Assembly (NCBI RefSeq): GCF_964213995.1
Contig: NC_135825.1
Coordinates: 12,338,001-12,402,000, forward strand
Direction: 5' to 3'
From: Mustelus asterias
Taxonomy: Eukaryota
DNA: 64,000 bases
A program made the position numbers and the translations under genes. Numbering within the stretch: position 1 is the stretch's first letter; the number at the start of each line of letters is the position of its first letter. Positions 11,686 through 24,352 of this stretch are shown here, in pieces. The notes below the pieces were generated by a model. The model was not told where the DNA came from. It made no database searches and saw only the letters and a program-made list of their open reading frames with translations.

Positions 11686-13099
11686 TCAATCTTGCTGACC
11701 CCGGAGGTCCTGTGGTTCCTCCGGTTCTGCTGTGGTCATGGATCGGGTCGGGGGTTTCCCATGCTTATTCCAACACACTGCTTCTGTGTGTCCATATTTA
11801 TTACAGTGGCTGCAATGTTTCCCACTGTTCCCAAATCTGTTCCCTTTCCGTGGAGTCCCGCAATCCCTCGCAAAGTGTCCTTGCCGGCCACAATTGTGGC
11901 AAGTCAGTTTAGACTTTGTTCCCTTCCCATTACTGTAGGCTGCTACTCTTTCCAGCCTTGTTCTTGCCTGGGATTTCTCTTCTCCCGGTACTCCGCAAGC
12001 CCACTCTACCAACTCAGCGTAATCTTGGGACATAATCACTCCCATTTTTAGGATGACCTGGTGAGCACTGGAGAGTCCATCCTTAAAAGCCTGGATGAAC
12101 TCTTGATCCCCTCGACCTGGGTTCCCTTGTCCTGAGCACTCTTGATATATCTGGAACAATTGTTCCCCGTATTCAGAAGCTCCTTCCCATTTTAACTGTT
12201 TTGTTGTGGTAATTCTGCTCCAGTTGGTGGGAGCATTCCCTAATACCCTCTGAATCTCTGCTTTAAACTGGGTGAAGGTTGGGCATCTATCTCCGATGTT
12301 AGGGCGATTGCATGTGTCCACCGTCCCTTGTTATAATCCTGTGCTGGAGGAGCGGTGGGTCCACCTGCTACCTGCCTCCACTTATCCGCTGGACAGGCTG
12401 CCCTGACCAGCTGGTGTACGTCTCTCAGGTGTAATTGGTGTCCTAACCAGATTGTGTCTAATTCTTCCCAGAATTTAGTGTTTGCACTTCTCTCTCACCT
12501 GGGGTGAAGGGTTGATAAGTTGCCTTTGGTCGCGCATTTGTTCCCCCTCGGGGTACTGGCGCTAAGTTGTGTTTTAGCACTTCCCACTCCTCTGAAGGAG
12601 CGGTTGGTCTCTCCTGTGTGGACTCATAAGGAGGTAGAGGAACAGTTTCCCCTCTCCATTGCTTTTCTTCTAAAACCTGGTTTTGCTTTTCCAGTTCCCT
12701 CACTCGGGATTCCAATTCTCTAATCCTTTCCTTATCTTCACTCCACTTCTTAGTAGAGGCGACTACTTGCTCAATTAGACCAGCTAACTCATGTGTTAAC
12801 ATTACTCCTATCTTCTTTGTCTTGTTTCTCTTTTCTTTATCTATCCACTTTCTCTGCTGCTCTAAGGTCTGAGATATATCCCAGCCATCCTTTTGCATTC
12901 TCTTTATTAACTCTTTCCTGTCTGTCATGTAAATTTCAATGAGAGAACCTGCAGGTCCCCTTTTAACTTCATTATCTGCTATTTTGCAGACTTCACTAAC
13001 CCCGGCCACGATTACTCCCTGGTGAAGTGTGCTCTCTACCGTAGGGACTTCGCTACCCCCGGCCACTATTACTACTCTAGCACTGTGTTTCACTACCAT
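11686..13099 (-). pseudogene. gag: ERV gag (frameshifted) with two CCHC zinc knuckles
   Basis: ORFs 12458..13099 and 11686..12321: coiled-coil region, PPY late-domain-like LPPYE, YQPFTPGE, and CHNCGRQGHFARDC plus CSHCNKYGHTEAVC (CX2CX4HX4C x2). Confidence 0.88.
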
Positions 13100-13644
13100 T
13101 ACAGGGTTTCAAGTTATACTCATGGTTTCCACTATTACCACCTCGGCAATGTGCTTCTCCACCGGAGTCCGGTTTAGTTCAGAGTTGATCAAGCTCCTTT
13201 TCCGTCCCGCTTTTCACAACATTGACAGTACAGTTCCCAACTGTCCAAACTTTCATGCAATCAGATGGCAACTCTGCGTTTGTTCACCACGACAGAGTTT
13301 GATGTTAACCGACCTCTGCCACTTATCTCTTTACCCACTTCAATCTCCTGGCCTTCGTGTGGGAGGTTCCTCCTCTTAACAACCGGTCTAAGGCAGGGTT
13401 TTGAGACAGGCACGACCTTGTCCTCTTGTCGGTCAGCACAAGCAACAGTTACTTATCACTATCAGCAGTTAGTACTTATCACTATATCATATACAACAAT
13501 ACTTATTTCTACAAATACCCCTTAAGTTTAACCCCTTAAGTTTAACCCCTTGCAAACTGTATGCTTGACCTTGTCTGACACTCACAGATTCAGTGATCTG
13601 TACCCTGGCTCCGATCGTGGCCAATCGATCTCACCAGTAACAGG

Positions 13645-13663
13645 ATCCATGCTGACTACGCCA
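13645..13663 (-). other. ERV primer binding site, tRNA-Ser type
   Basis: The + strand ..atccatgctgactacgcca closely matches the 3' end of vertebrate tRNA-Ser (..ATCCTGCCGACTACG-CCA). It is separated from the 5' LTR by a 2-nt spacer. Confidence 0.8.
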
Positions 13664-13665
13664 AT

Positions 13666-14293
13666 TGTTGTGGGAAATGTACCACTGAGTCAGGCTTGAA
13701 GGTTTCAAGAATACAGTTTTATTTTAACGAAGCTTTGTGGAGATAAGGCACTAACAAGCAGCAAACCTTCTCTCAATGAGACAATAGGAGCGGTCCATCT
13801 TTATACCCTTTACACAATAGATGGACCGGACATCGAGCCATTATCACATCATTGTAATCAAGTAGGTGATCGATTGTTAACACATCGTTATAGACAAATA
13901 CAGACAGATACAGACATAAGCATGTTAACATCGCATTGTTCTCTGAATGGATACATTTCCTACATCAGTGACCATCGATGGTTTTAGTTTCGGTCTGTTC
14001 ATACAGCAATTTACAGTAATTGGTTTTCCTGCAGTTATCTATTCCCGATCCCACCTGTAGCTAATCTCGTTATCCAACCCTATTGTCTTTATCCTTAAGA
14101 GTGCCTCAAGCCCCGGCTGGCTTCCAGCAGGATTTGATTCCTGCATGTTCAACTTTGAATAGCTGTCTGTCCTTTATGTTTTAATCTCAGGTGTCTCTCT
14201 GTACTGAAAGTCAGTGCCTGTTTAATGTCTCTTTCCCAGGTGACAGTGTGCCAGGCTCTTATGTGTACCCATCTGTATATTTTTCCCCCTTCA
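13666..14293 (-). repeat. ERV 5' LTR (TATA box ~13800, AATAAA ~13720 on minus strand)
   Basis: 628 bp; about 30 substitutions plus small indels versus the 3' LTR by manual count (~95% identical). Confidence 0.95.
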
Positions 14294-15316
14294 AGGACCC
14301 AAGTGACCAATAGCAGCAACTGCCTCCTCCACACAGACCCTGAGCTCCACAAGGCAAAAGAATGAACAGAGACAAGCAGCTCACTGACGGGCAATCCCAC
14401 AACACAGGGAGTACACGTTTCCTGGTCAGCTTCCTTGGTGTGTTGCAACTCCAGTGTCTGAAGAGGCTCATTTAACAAAATTAGGGCCGGACCAGAACGA
14501 TTCTCCAAGACAGAGTGATTCCGTCTGAAATGTGATCGGCGGTTCCAAATCCCACTGGAGAGGCCGGCAGCGTATTGCTGAGTGAGCCACTGCACACACA
14601 CCGATCTGTCACCGCGGAGAGTGGCGCATGCACACTGGCCCCCTCACCGCTAGCCTCCCGATCGCTGGCCATCCCGACCCCCCACAACCATCCAACCACT
14701 GGCCTACCAGAGCTCTCCCGGGCCAGCCCCGATCTCCCCCCACCCAGATGGCCAGCCCTGATCCCCCTCCTCTCTCCCTCTCCCACCGATCCCAGTGCAC
14801 AGTGTCACTGAAAACCCCCCAACTCATTGAGCCCCCAATAGGCCACACCCCCCAGAATGCCACCCACCCACGCTAGCACCACCCACTTTGGAACTGCCTG
14901 GCACCTGGTGGGAGGTGCCAGTATTTGTTTTATTCATTTGGGGACATGGGCATCGCTGGCTGGGTGGCATTTGTTGCCCATCCTGAGAGGTTTGCGAGGC
15001 CATTTCAGAGGACAGTCAAGAATTAACCACATTGCTTTGGCTCTGGCATCACATGTAGGCCAGACCAGGAAAGGATGGTAGATTTCCTTCTTTAACGGAC
15101 ATGAGTGAACCAGATGGGTTTTCCAACAACTGACAATGGTTTCATGGTGATCAGTAGATTCTTAATTCCAGATTTTCTTTATTGAAATCAAATTCCAACT
15201 GCTGCCATGGCGGGATTCGAACCCTGGTCCCCAGAACATTAGATGAGATTCTGGATTAATAGGCGAGCGATAACACCACTGGGCCATCACCTCCCCATGG
15301 GTATATGCATATCTTT

Positions 15317-15470
15317 GGTTGTGGGAGGAAACTGAAGCACCCAGAGGAAAACCACGCAGACACGGGGCGAATGTGCAAACTCCACACTGACCACACAGCC
15401 AATGCTGGAATTGAATCCGGGTCCCTGGCGCTGTGAGGCTGCAGTGCTAATCACTGTGCCACTGTGCCCC
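15317..15470 (-). mobile_element. Truncated HE1-like SINE
   Basis: Reverse complement of the SINE head (gggcacagtggcacagtgattagcactgcagcctcacagcgccagggacccggattcaattcc). Confidence 0.7.
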
Positions 15471-15933
15471 ACTGGGTTGACTGAACAAGCAATCCAATCT
15501 AATCCCACCATCCAGTTCTTGATCCAGAGCTCTGTAGGTTACAGGATCTCAAGATTAATCCATTTTGTTTGATGTAATCAGGCTATCCACCTCTTCCACC
15601 CTCTACCATTCTTCCAGGCAGTGAGTTCCAGACCCTCAACATCCCCCCAAGTGAAATAACCAATCTTCCCAAATCTCCTCTAATCCATTCACCAATTAAT
15701 TTAAATCTTTAGCTCCTGGTTCATGGTCTGATCTGGAGAGCTGCGATGTTCTGATATAATAGTAGACATTGTAGTTCAGGCTGCTTGGAGGATGGAGAGA
15801 TATGGAGAGCTGGATGTGTTGGTGAGATTGCAACATGACTGAACCTGAATGAGAGGTTGATGAGCTGAAATTCACAGAATGTTTGATTTTTAGATGTTCA
15901 CTCAGTTTCTGAATGTTTGTTTCTTTCCCACAG

Positions 15934-16257
15934 AACCGGTGTCTGTTCCTGAACTCAGATTTTTATCACCACCAAATGCCACATGTTCTGGGGGCTCAGT
16001 GTCCGTCTCCTGTGAGTCTGTCCAGGGATCACTTCCCATTCAGTACACATGGTACGAAAATACCACATCTGAAGATTCAAAGACCTCTGACACCAATAAA
16101 CTGGATCTACATTGTCAATCCTTCACACAGCAACATCATCAATATTACTGCACAGCCTCAAATAACCAGGGAGAAAAATCCAGTGAAATGGTTACAGTGT
16201 CAGTGATCCACATTTCAGAGAATGATTGCAGTTACTTAACACAAATCAGCAACATTG
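15934..16257 (+). CDS. Gene 1 Ig C2-type exon C1
   Basis: cccacag| acceptor, G|gtaaat donor, 324 nt, phase 1-1. EPVSVPELRF..GGSVSVSCESVQGSLPIQYTWY..YYCTASNNQG, an FcR-like/CD2-type C2 pattern. Confidence 0.9.
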
Positions 16258-17375
16258 GTAAATATCACTTTGAGCTTCAAAAACCTCAACTAATTTTAAA
16301 ATTAATTTCTGTCTGAATTGCTCACGGGTTTAATTCTATTGGTCGTTCAAAGCAATTGGAATAAAAATAGAGTTGCATTTATTTTTCACTTTTCACAACT
16401 TCAGGTCAGTTTTAAAGTCAGTTCTGGTCACTGCTGGAACTGATTCAGAGCCATTGTTGTGATGTAGGAAGCTCAGCACCAACCTGTGAGCAATAAGCTC
16501 CCTCAAGGAGCAATGTGACCATGAGCAGACAATCTGCTGTCCGACAATTTCTGTTTGAGAGATAAGCTTTCCCCAGGACTGGGGAGAATTCTTTGGACCT
16601 TCTTTGGAATACTGTTCCCCGTGTCGAGTGGGGGCCCCGATGTCTATGGGGTGGGACCTCCTGTCTGTGGGTAGTAGGGGCGGGAGGAGTTTGTGTATGC
16701 ATTGGGGTGGAGACTGTGAATTGGGGGCTTGGGCATTGTTGCTGTGGGGGTGGGAGTGGGAATGCCACAGTGATGGTGGAGATGGGCTGGAGTTGGTCAC
16801 CCTGACCCTTCTGCGGAATAGGTGGAGTGCCCTAACCTTTGAGTAGTAGGATGTTGAGGGGAGGATCACCCTCTATGTGAGAGGTGGCCCCCTTGTTCAC
16901 TGGGGGCTCTGATGTCCACGGGGTGGGGCCTGATATCTGTGGCAGTGTCGGGGTGGGGGGGGGGGGGGTGCGGGAGGGTTTCTATCTGAACGTTCACATC
17001 AACTTTAAAAATGGTGCCCAAATCTCTATGGAGACGGCCTTGCCAGCTCAATCAGGCCCCGCCCCATCAGAGTGACAGCACAGGCCACGCCCCCTGATTT
17101 TTTTGGGACAATGTCTTGGGATCTGGTGGGAAAACCTGGCTGTCTTTCTGGAGAGAAAATCACCAGTTTTCAGTCCCAACCTGACAATTTGCATTTTTTC
17201 TGGAAAGTTCCACCTATGATATTAATGTTCCCAACATCTCAAACAAGGAGGTATTCAATTGCATTGGAAGATGTAATGGAGATTTCTCTGAACACAGTGA
17301 AAATTCCTGTTGAAATAAATCTGTTTGTATTCAACAATTATTTTCAGTTCAATTTTTGACCTGTTGTCTTTTCAG

Positions 17376-17684
17376 CTGCAAGTGCATCGTGGGCAAAAAA
17401 TAATGTAACAGGAGTTTTGGGAAGATCGATCACTATAGATTGTCACTATGACAAATTGTCTCAGTCACATGTGAAATATTGGAGTCGTCAGTGCTCTGTT
17501 TTGGTAAAATCAGACGATCCAGATGGACGGCGAGGGAGAATGTCGATCACAGATAACAAGACACAAGGATTTTTTGTTGTTACTATGGAGGATCTTCACT
17601 CAGAAGATGCAGGATGGTACAGCTGCGGTATTGATAAGCCTGGCCTCCTTTCAATATTTCCTGTAAAGCTACAAATATCTGACG
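17376..17684 (+). CDS. Gene 1 IgV exon V2
   Basis: tttcag| acceptor, G|gtacat donor, 309 nt, phase 1-1, open frame (GRSITIDCHY..KYWSRQCS..EDAGWYSCG). Confidence 0.88.
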
Positions 17685-18431
17685 GTACATTGTTCTCAGT
17701 GATTATCTTTATTACTCTTGACTGAAATGTCTGATCGGTGCTTTATCTGGGAGGAGACATTGGCAGCTCCGATATCCCGAGGCTCTGCAGCAGTGCAGAG
17801 TCTGGCAGCTAGAGGGCAGTTAGCACAATGGTTATGTTGGAGGAATTGTAATTCAGAGGCCCAGAGTAATGATCCAGAGAGATGGGGTCAGATTTATAGT
17901 ACCTTGGACACTGCTCTCCTGGCTAAGAAATTTGTATGGACCCCACTCTTGCTCCCGATGCCTGGACAATAGACCTTGACCACTTCCCAGATACTCACCA
18001 GATACTCACCATCAGCTCACTTCTTCCCCTGTTGTAAATTCCTTCAGCTCATTAAACCTCCACACTCGGTTGAAGGCAGACTCCAGTGCTGGTTGCACTG
18101 AGAATGTCGGAATTTATATTTGCAAAAACAAAGGGATTGGGTACAAAAAGACCATTTCAAGCCAGTTTCCCCAATTAACTGTTCCAGTGGCTGCCAGCGG
18201 ATAGCTTCTATCTCCCAGCTTCCGCCCTTTAGATGAGACTTAGGGGGGGAATTTTCCCATTCCGCTCGCCATGGAAATCGTAGCATGCGGGTGATGAACC
18301 ATGCAAACATCGGTTGACGTCGGGCGAGAGTTTCTGGTCTCGCTCGACCGAAGCAGTAAAATCCCATCCTTAACTTGAAACAGTACTCACACTTAAATGT
18401 TAAATGGTACTTATTGTTAAATGTTAAATAC

Positions 18432-19339
18432 TATTGCTAAATTGAGTAGAGTAATTGTAGATTGTTGTTTGCAAGATTGGAAAATGTGAGGGAAAGTCAT
18501 TGCATGGTCCTTTCAAAAAGTGGTGCTTTTACTGTGCTTAGAGAGTTAATAAAAAATGCAAGTACACATAGAGTGCCCAAAATGAAACATTAGTATCAGA
18601 AGGCCAAGGAGCAGTGTTACCAAGGCAACAGTGTGTCAGGCATTTGAATTATTTGAATTCCTCCAATCAATTTGAATTCGGCACTTAGGTACCAAGAACC
18701 TATTAAATTTAAATCCAATGGTTTTGGCAACCTAGGACCAATCCTATTGTGGGGATATTGATATGCCATCACAGGTATAAAAGGAAGGGGGCAGTTTGAC
18801 AAAAGCAGAGAGCAACTGCCAACTGCCAGAATTAAAGCTCTTAGTTCAGCTCTCAGCTCTGAAGAGAGAGAGAGAGAACTGCTGGCTCTCATCGCCTCAT
18901 TGGTGGCTTAAGAGAAAGCACCATCTCAATAGGGAAGATACCAAAGCGGACAGGAGTTCCAGACAGAAGAATCAACTGAATAGGCCCAGAATATTCCTGA
19001 AGACACCAAACCTGGTTATAATTGTGAGAGTGACCAAATTTTAGTTTGTTAATGAGTGGGAATTGTATTTATCTGAAGAGCATTCCATTCGAATCATGTT
19101 TCATTTGGTTTGTTAACAGTTTAGTTCACTTGTTCATTGTGTGTTAGCCACATAAATTGTTACTTGTGACTTTGGAGACGGTGTCTCGGAGTTATTTTGA
19201 TTTAACCACTGAGAGTTGCGAAAGAGCAGAGCGTAACACTTCACAATCACTTTTACAGATTGTGAGGTGAGGTACTCCTCTTTGAGTGGTTAGGTGTTAT
19301 TTCTCAGCGGGTGGGGGGATCCACCTCTGCTTCATAACA
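18432..19339 (+). mobile_element. Solo LTR in V2-C2 intron
   Basis: 908-bp insertion absent from units 5-7, ends in ..cataaca, 4-bp TSD ATAC, TATA box ggtataaaagg at ~18774. Confidence 0.75.
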
Positions 19340-20369
19340 ATACAAGTACAAACAATGGCCGGAATTTCCCAACCTCATCCGTTGACCAGATTCTCCGGTC
19401 CCGCTGCTGTGAATGGAGATTTGGCTCAGCTCCAAATTCTCAGTTCTCACTGGCAGTGGGGGCAGGTTATTTGATATCAGAGAATTCTGGCCAATATTAA
19501 ATTTTTTGCAAGATATTTAAGCCTTTGTCATCTCAGGAAATATCCACAGTCTATCGCAGGTCACACTCCAATGCTTGTCACTAACTAATCTGCTATCATG
19601 AATATCTGTTCTCCTAGACAGCAATCTATAGATACCACCCACAATCGGCCAAGCTCCCACTGCCATCTCACTCTCTCGAACACTCTCCCTTCCTCCTCAC
19701 ACCCTGGATGAGTTATAGAAATATGGTTAATAATATGAAAGTATTTAATTTTTTGGTCATTCTGAAGGTTAAAGTTGTTAAATATTTTTAAATGTGAAAT
19801 GGTACTCACTGTTAAATGTTAAATACAAATACAAACAATGGCTGGAAAACACCAAACGCGTCCTCAGCTGGAATTATCCAGTCCCGCTGCTGCGAATGGA
19901 GATTTGGCTGAGCGCCAAATTCCCTATTCCAACTGGCAGCAGGGGCGGATCACTCGATATCGGAGATTACAGGTCAAGATTAGATATTTTAGAAAGATAT
20001 GTAAGTCTCCATTATCTCAGCAAACATCCACAGTCTATCGCAGGTCGCACTCCACTGCTTGTGACTAACTAATCTGCTATCATGAATGTGTACTGTCCGT
20101 GACAGCAATCAATAGATACTACCTGCATTCGGCCAAGCTCCCACTGCCATCTCTCTCTCTCTCTCTAACACTTTGCCTTCCTCCTCACACCCTTGTTGAG
20201 GTGTAGAAATATTGGTAATATGAAACTATTTAACTCTTTGGTCATCCTAAATTTAAAGTTTTAACGTTTAAATTTGAAGGTTTTTTTAATTAGAGTCACA
20301 AGTAGGCTTAGATTAACACTGCAATGAAGTTCCGGTGAAAATCCGTCAATGATTGTCTTTTTCCCACAG

Positions 20370-20693
20370 AACCCTTGTCTGTTCCTGAACTTAGATTTTT
20401 ATCACCACCAAATGCCACATGTTTTGGGGGCTCAGTGTCCGTCTCCTGTGAGTCTGTCCAGGGATCACTTCCCATTCAGTACACATGGTACGAAAATACC
20501 ACATCTGAAGATTCAAAGACCTCTGACACCAATAAACTGGATCTACATTGTCAATCCTTCAAACAGCAACATCATCAATATTACTGCACAGCCTCAAATA
20601 ACCAGGGAGGAAAATCCAGTGAAATGGTTACAGTGTCAGTGATCCACATTTCAGAGAATGACTGCAGTTATTTAACACAAATCAGCAACATTG
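20370..20693 (+). CDS. Gene 1 Ig C2-type exon C2
   Basis: AG/GT sites, 324 nt, open frame (ORF 20375..). Confidence 0.88.
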
Positions 20694-21362
20694 GTAAATA
20701 TCACTTTAAGTTTCAAAAACCTCAACTAATTTTTAAATTAATGTCTGTCTGAATTGCTCACGGGTTTAGTTCTATTGGTCGTTCAAAGCAATTTTAATAA
20801 TAATAGAATTGCATTTTTTTTCGCTTTTCACATCTTCAGGGCAGTTTTAAAGTCAGTTCTGGTCAATGCTGGAACTGAATCAGAGCCATTGTTGTGATGT
20901 AGGAAGCTCAGCACCAATTTGAGAGCAATAAGCTCCCTCAAGGAGCAATGCGATCATTTGCAGACAATCTGCTGTCTGACAATTGCTGTTTGAGAATATA
21001 ATAATTCCAGGAGCCGGCTGGGAAGGAACCGCGCTTCTATTGTACAAAATGAAAATAAAAAATCACCACACACCTGTGGGTGACCACAACAGGTCCCAAC
21101 CAGGACTAAAAGATTAATGGACCCTCTCAAGGTCTTGCTTTATAAAGGGCATGGTATACAATCTCAATATGGTTGTCTAATTATCAATCTGCAGGGAGCA
21201 CATATTCAATGATACCAACGATCTCAAACAAGGAAGTATCCAATTGCATTAGAAGATGTATTGGAGAGATTTCTCTGAACACAGTGGTAAATCCTATTGA
21301 AATATATCTGTTTGTATGAAGCAATTATTTTCAGTTCAATTTTTGACCTATTGTCTTTTCAG

Positions 21363-21671
21363 CTCCGAGTGCATTGTGGGCAAAAAATAATGTAACAGGA
21401 GTTTTGGGAAGATCGATCACTATAGATTGTCACTATGACAATTTGTCTCAGTCACATGTGAAATCTTGGAGTCGTCAGTGCTCTGTTTTGGTAAAATCAG
21501 ACGATCCAGATGGACGGCGAGGGAGAATGTCGATCACAGATAACAAGACACAAGGATTTTTTGTTGTTACTATGGAGGATCTTCACTCAGAAGATGCAGG
21601 ATGGTACAGCTGTGGTATTGATAAGCCCGGCCTCCTTTCAATATTTCCTGTAAAGCTACAAATATCTGATG
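21363..21671 (+). CDS. Gene 1 IgV exon V3
   Basis: AG/GT sites, 309 nt, open frame (ORF 21374..). Confidence 0.88.
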
Positions 21672-22416
21672 GTACATTGTTCTCAGTGATTATCTTTATT
21701 CCTCTCGACTGAAATGTCTGATCGGTGCTTTATCTGGGAGGAGACATTGACAGCTCCGATATCCCGAGGCGCCGCAGCAGTGCAGAGTCTGGCAGCTAGA
21801 GGGCAGTTAGAACAATGGTTATATTGGAGGAATTGTAATTCAGAGGCCTAGAGTAATGATCCAGAGAGATGGGATCAGATTTATAGCACCATGGACACTG
21901 CTCTCCTGGCTAAGAAATTTGTATGGACCCCAACCTTGCTCCCGATGCCTGGACAATAGACCTTGGCCACTTCCCGGATACTCACCAGATACTCACCAAC
22001 AGCTCACTTCTTCCCCTGTCGTAAATTCCTTCAGCTCATTAAACCTCCACACTCGGTTGAAGGCAGACTCCAGTGCTGGTTGCACTGCGAATGCCTGAAT
22101 TTATATTTTCAAAACAAAGGGATTGGGTACAAAAAGACCATTTCAACCAGTTTCCCCAATTAATTATTTCAGTGGCTGCCAGCGGATAGCTTCTATCTCC
22201 CAGCTTATGCCCTTTAGATGAGACTTAGGGGGGGAATTTTCCCATTCCGCTCGCCATGGAAATCGTAGCATGCAGGTGCTGAACCATGCAAACATCGGTT
22301 GACGTCGGGCGAGAGTTTCTGGTCTCGCTCGACCGAAGCAGTAAAATCCCATCCTAATCTTGAAAAAGTACTCACACTTAAATGTTAAATGGTACTTACT
22401 GTTAAATGTTAAATAC

Positions 22417-23323
22417 TATTGCTAAATTGAGTAGAGTAATTGTAGATTGTTGTTTGCAAGATTGGAAAATGTGAGGGAAAGTCATTGCATGGTCCTTTCA
22501 AAAAGTGGTGCTTTTACTGTGCTTAGAGAGTTAATAAAAAATGCAAGTACACATAGAGTGCCCAAAATGAAACATTTGTATCAGAAGGCCAAGGAGCAGT
22601 GTTACCAAGGCAACAGGGTGTCAGGCATTTGAATTATTTGAGTTCCTCCAATCAATTTGAATTATGCACTTAGGTCCCAAGAACCTGTTAAATTTAAATC
22701 CAATGGTTTTGGCCACCTAGGACCAATCCTATTGTGAGGATATTGATATGCCATCACACGTATAAAAGGAAGGGGGCAGTTTGACAAAAGCAGAGAGCAA
22801 CTGCCAACTGCCAGAATTAAAGCTCTTAGTTCAGCTCTCAGCTCTGAAGAGAGAGAGAGAACTGCTGGCTCTCATCGCCTCATTGATGGCTTAAGAGAAA
22901 GCACCATCTCAATAGGGAAGATACCAAAGCGGACAGAAGTTCCAGACAGAAGAATCAACTGAAAAGGCCCAGAATATTTCTGAAGACACCAAACCTGGTT
23001 AGAATTGTGAGAGTGAGCAAATCTTAGTTTGTTAATGAGTGGGAATTGTATTTATCTGAAGAGCATTCCATTCGAATCATGTTTTATTTGGTTTGTTAAC
23101 AGTTTAGTCAACTTGTTCATTGTTAGTTAGCCACATAAATTGTTACCCTGTGATTTTGGAGACAGTGTCTCAGAGTTATTTTGATTTAACCACTGAGAGT
23201 TGCGAAAGAGCAGAGCGTAACACTTCACAATCACTTTTACAGATTGTGAGGTGAGGTACTCGTCTTTGAGTGGTTAGGTGTTAGTTCTCAGCGGGTGGGG
23301 GGATCCACCTCTGCTTCATAACA
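22417..23323 (+). mobile_element. Solo LTR copy in V3-C3 intron
   Basis: Same element, position and ATAC TSD as 18432-19339. Confidence 0.75.
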
Positions 23324-24352
23324 ATACAAGTACAAACAATGGCCGGAATTTCCCAACCTCATCCATGGACCAGATTCTCCGGTCCCGCTGCTGTGAATGG
23401 AGATTTGGCTCAGCTCCAAATTCTCAGTTCTCACTGGCAGTGGGGGCAGGTTATTTGATATCAGAGAATTCTGGCCAATATTAGATTTTTTGCAAGATAT
23501 TTAAGCCTTTGTCATCTCAGGAAATATCCACAGTCTATCGCAGGTCACACTGCAATGCTTGTCACTAACTAATCTGCTATCATGAATATCTGTTCTCCCA
23601 GACAGCAATCTATAGATACCACCCACAATCGGCCAAGCTCCCACTGCCATCTCACTCTCTCGAACACTCTCCCTTCCTCCTCACACCCTGGATGAGTTAT
23701 AGAAATATGGGTAATAATATGAAAGTATTTAATTTTTTGGTCATTCTGAAGTTTAAAGTTGTTAAATATTTTTAAATGTGAAATGGTACTCACTGTTAAA
23801 TGTTAAATACAAATACAAACAATGGCTGGAAAACACCAAACACGTCCTCAGCTGGAATTATCCAGCCCGCTGCTGCGAATGGAGATTTGGCTGAGCGCCA
23901 AATTCCCTATTCCAACTGGCAGCAGGGGCGGATCACTCGATATCGGAGATTACAGGTCAAGATTAGATTTTTTAGAAAGATATATAAGTCTTCATTATCT
24001 CAGCAAACATCCACAGTCTATCGCAGGTCGCACTCCAATGCTTGTTACTAACTAATCTGCTATCATGAATGTGTACTGTCCGTGACAGCAAGCAACAGAT
24101 ACTACCTGCATTCGGCCAAGCTCCCACTGCCATCTCTCTCTCTCTCTCTAACACTTTGCCTTCCTCCTCACACCCTTGATGAGGTGTAGAAATATTGGTA
24201 ATATGAAACTATTTAATTCTTTGGTCATTCTAAATTTAAAGTTTTAACGTTTAAATTTGAAGGTTTTTTTAATTAGAGTCACAAGTAGGCTTAGATTAAC
24301 ACTGCAATGAAGTTCCGGTGAAAATCCGTCAATGATTGTCTTTTTCCCACAG

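Larger units (their letters stand above)
6015..14293 (-). mobile_element. Near full-length degraded endogenous retrovirus (LTR-gag-pro-pol-env-LTR) in intron 2 of gene 1
   Basis: Direct LTRs 6015-6651 and 13666-14293 (TG...CA), 5-bp TSD AGGAC (6010-6014, 14294-14298), PBS, PPT, and retroviral gag/pro/RT/RNaseH/IN/env motifs in order on the minus strand. Confidence 0.96.

Noticed and set aside
15913-16206. Overlapping alternative-frame ORFs (..FYHHQMPHVLGAQ..) repeated at each C exon
   Set aside because: Shadow frames of the Ig exon. They recur only because the DNA is duplicated and have no splice-compatible context.
19294-20072. Recurrent intronic ORFs (MAGKHQTRPQ.., MSTISHLK.., MGFYCFGR..)
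   Set aside because: They lie in duplicated intron or repeat DNA, vary in frame and length between units, and show no recognisable domain.
21280-21286. CACAGTG heptamer ~80 bp upstream of several V exons (also 3638), suggesting RAG recombination signals
   Set aside because: No ACAAAAACC-like nonamer at 12 or 23 bp, the motif does not abut the coding end, it is mutated in some units, and the V exons are complete with their own G strand and splice donor.
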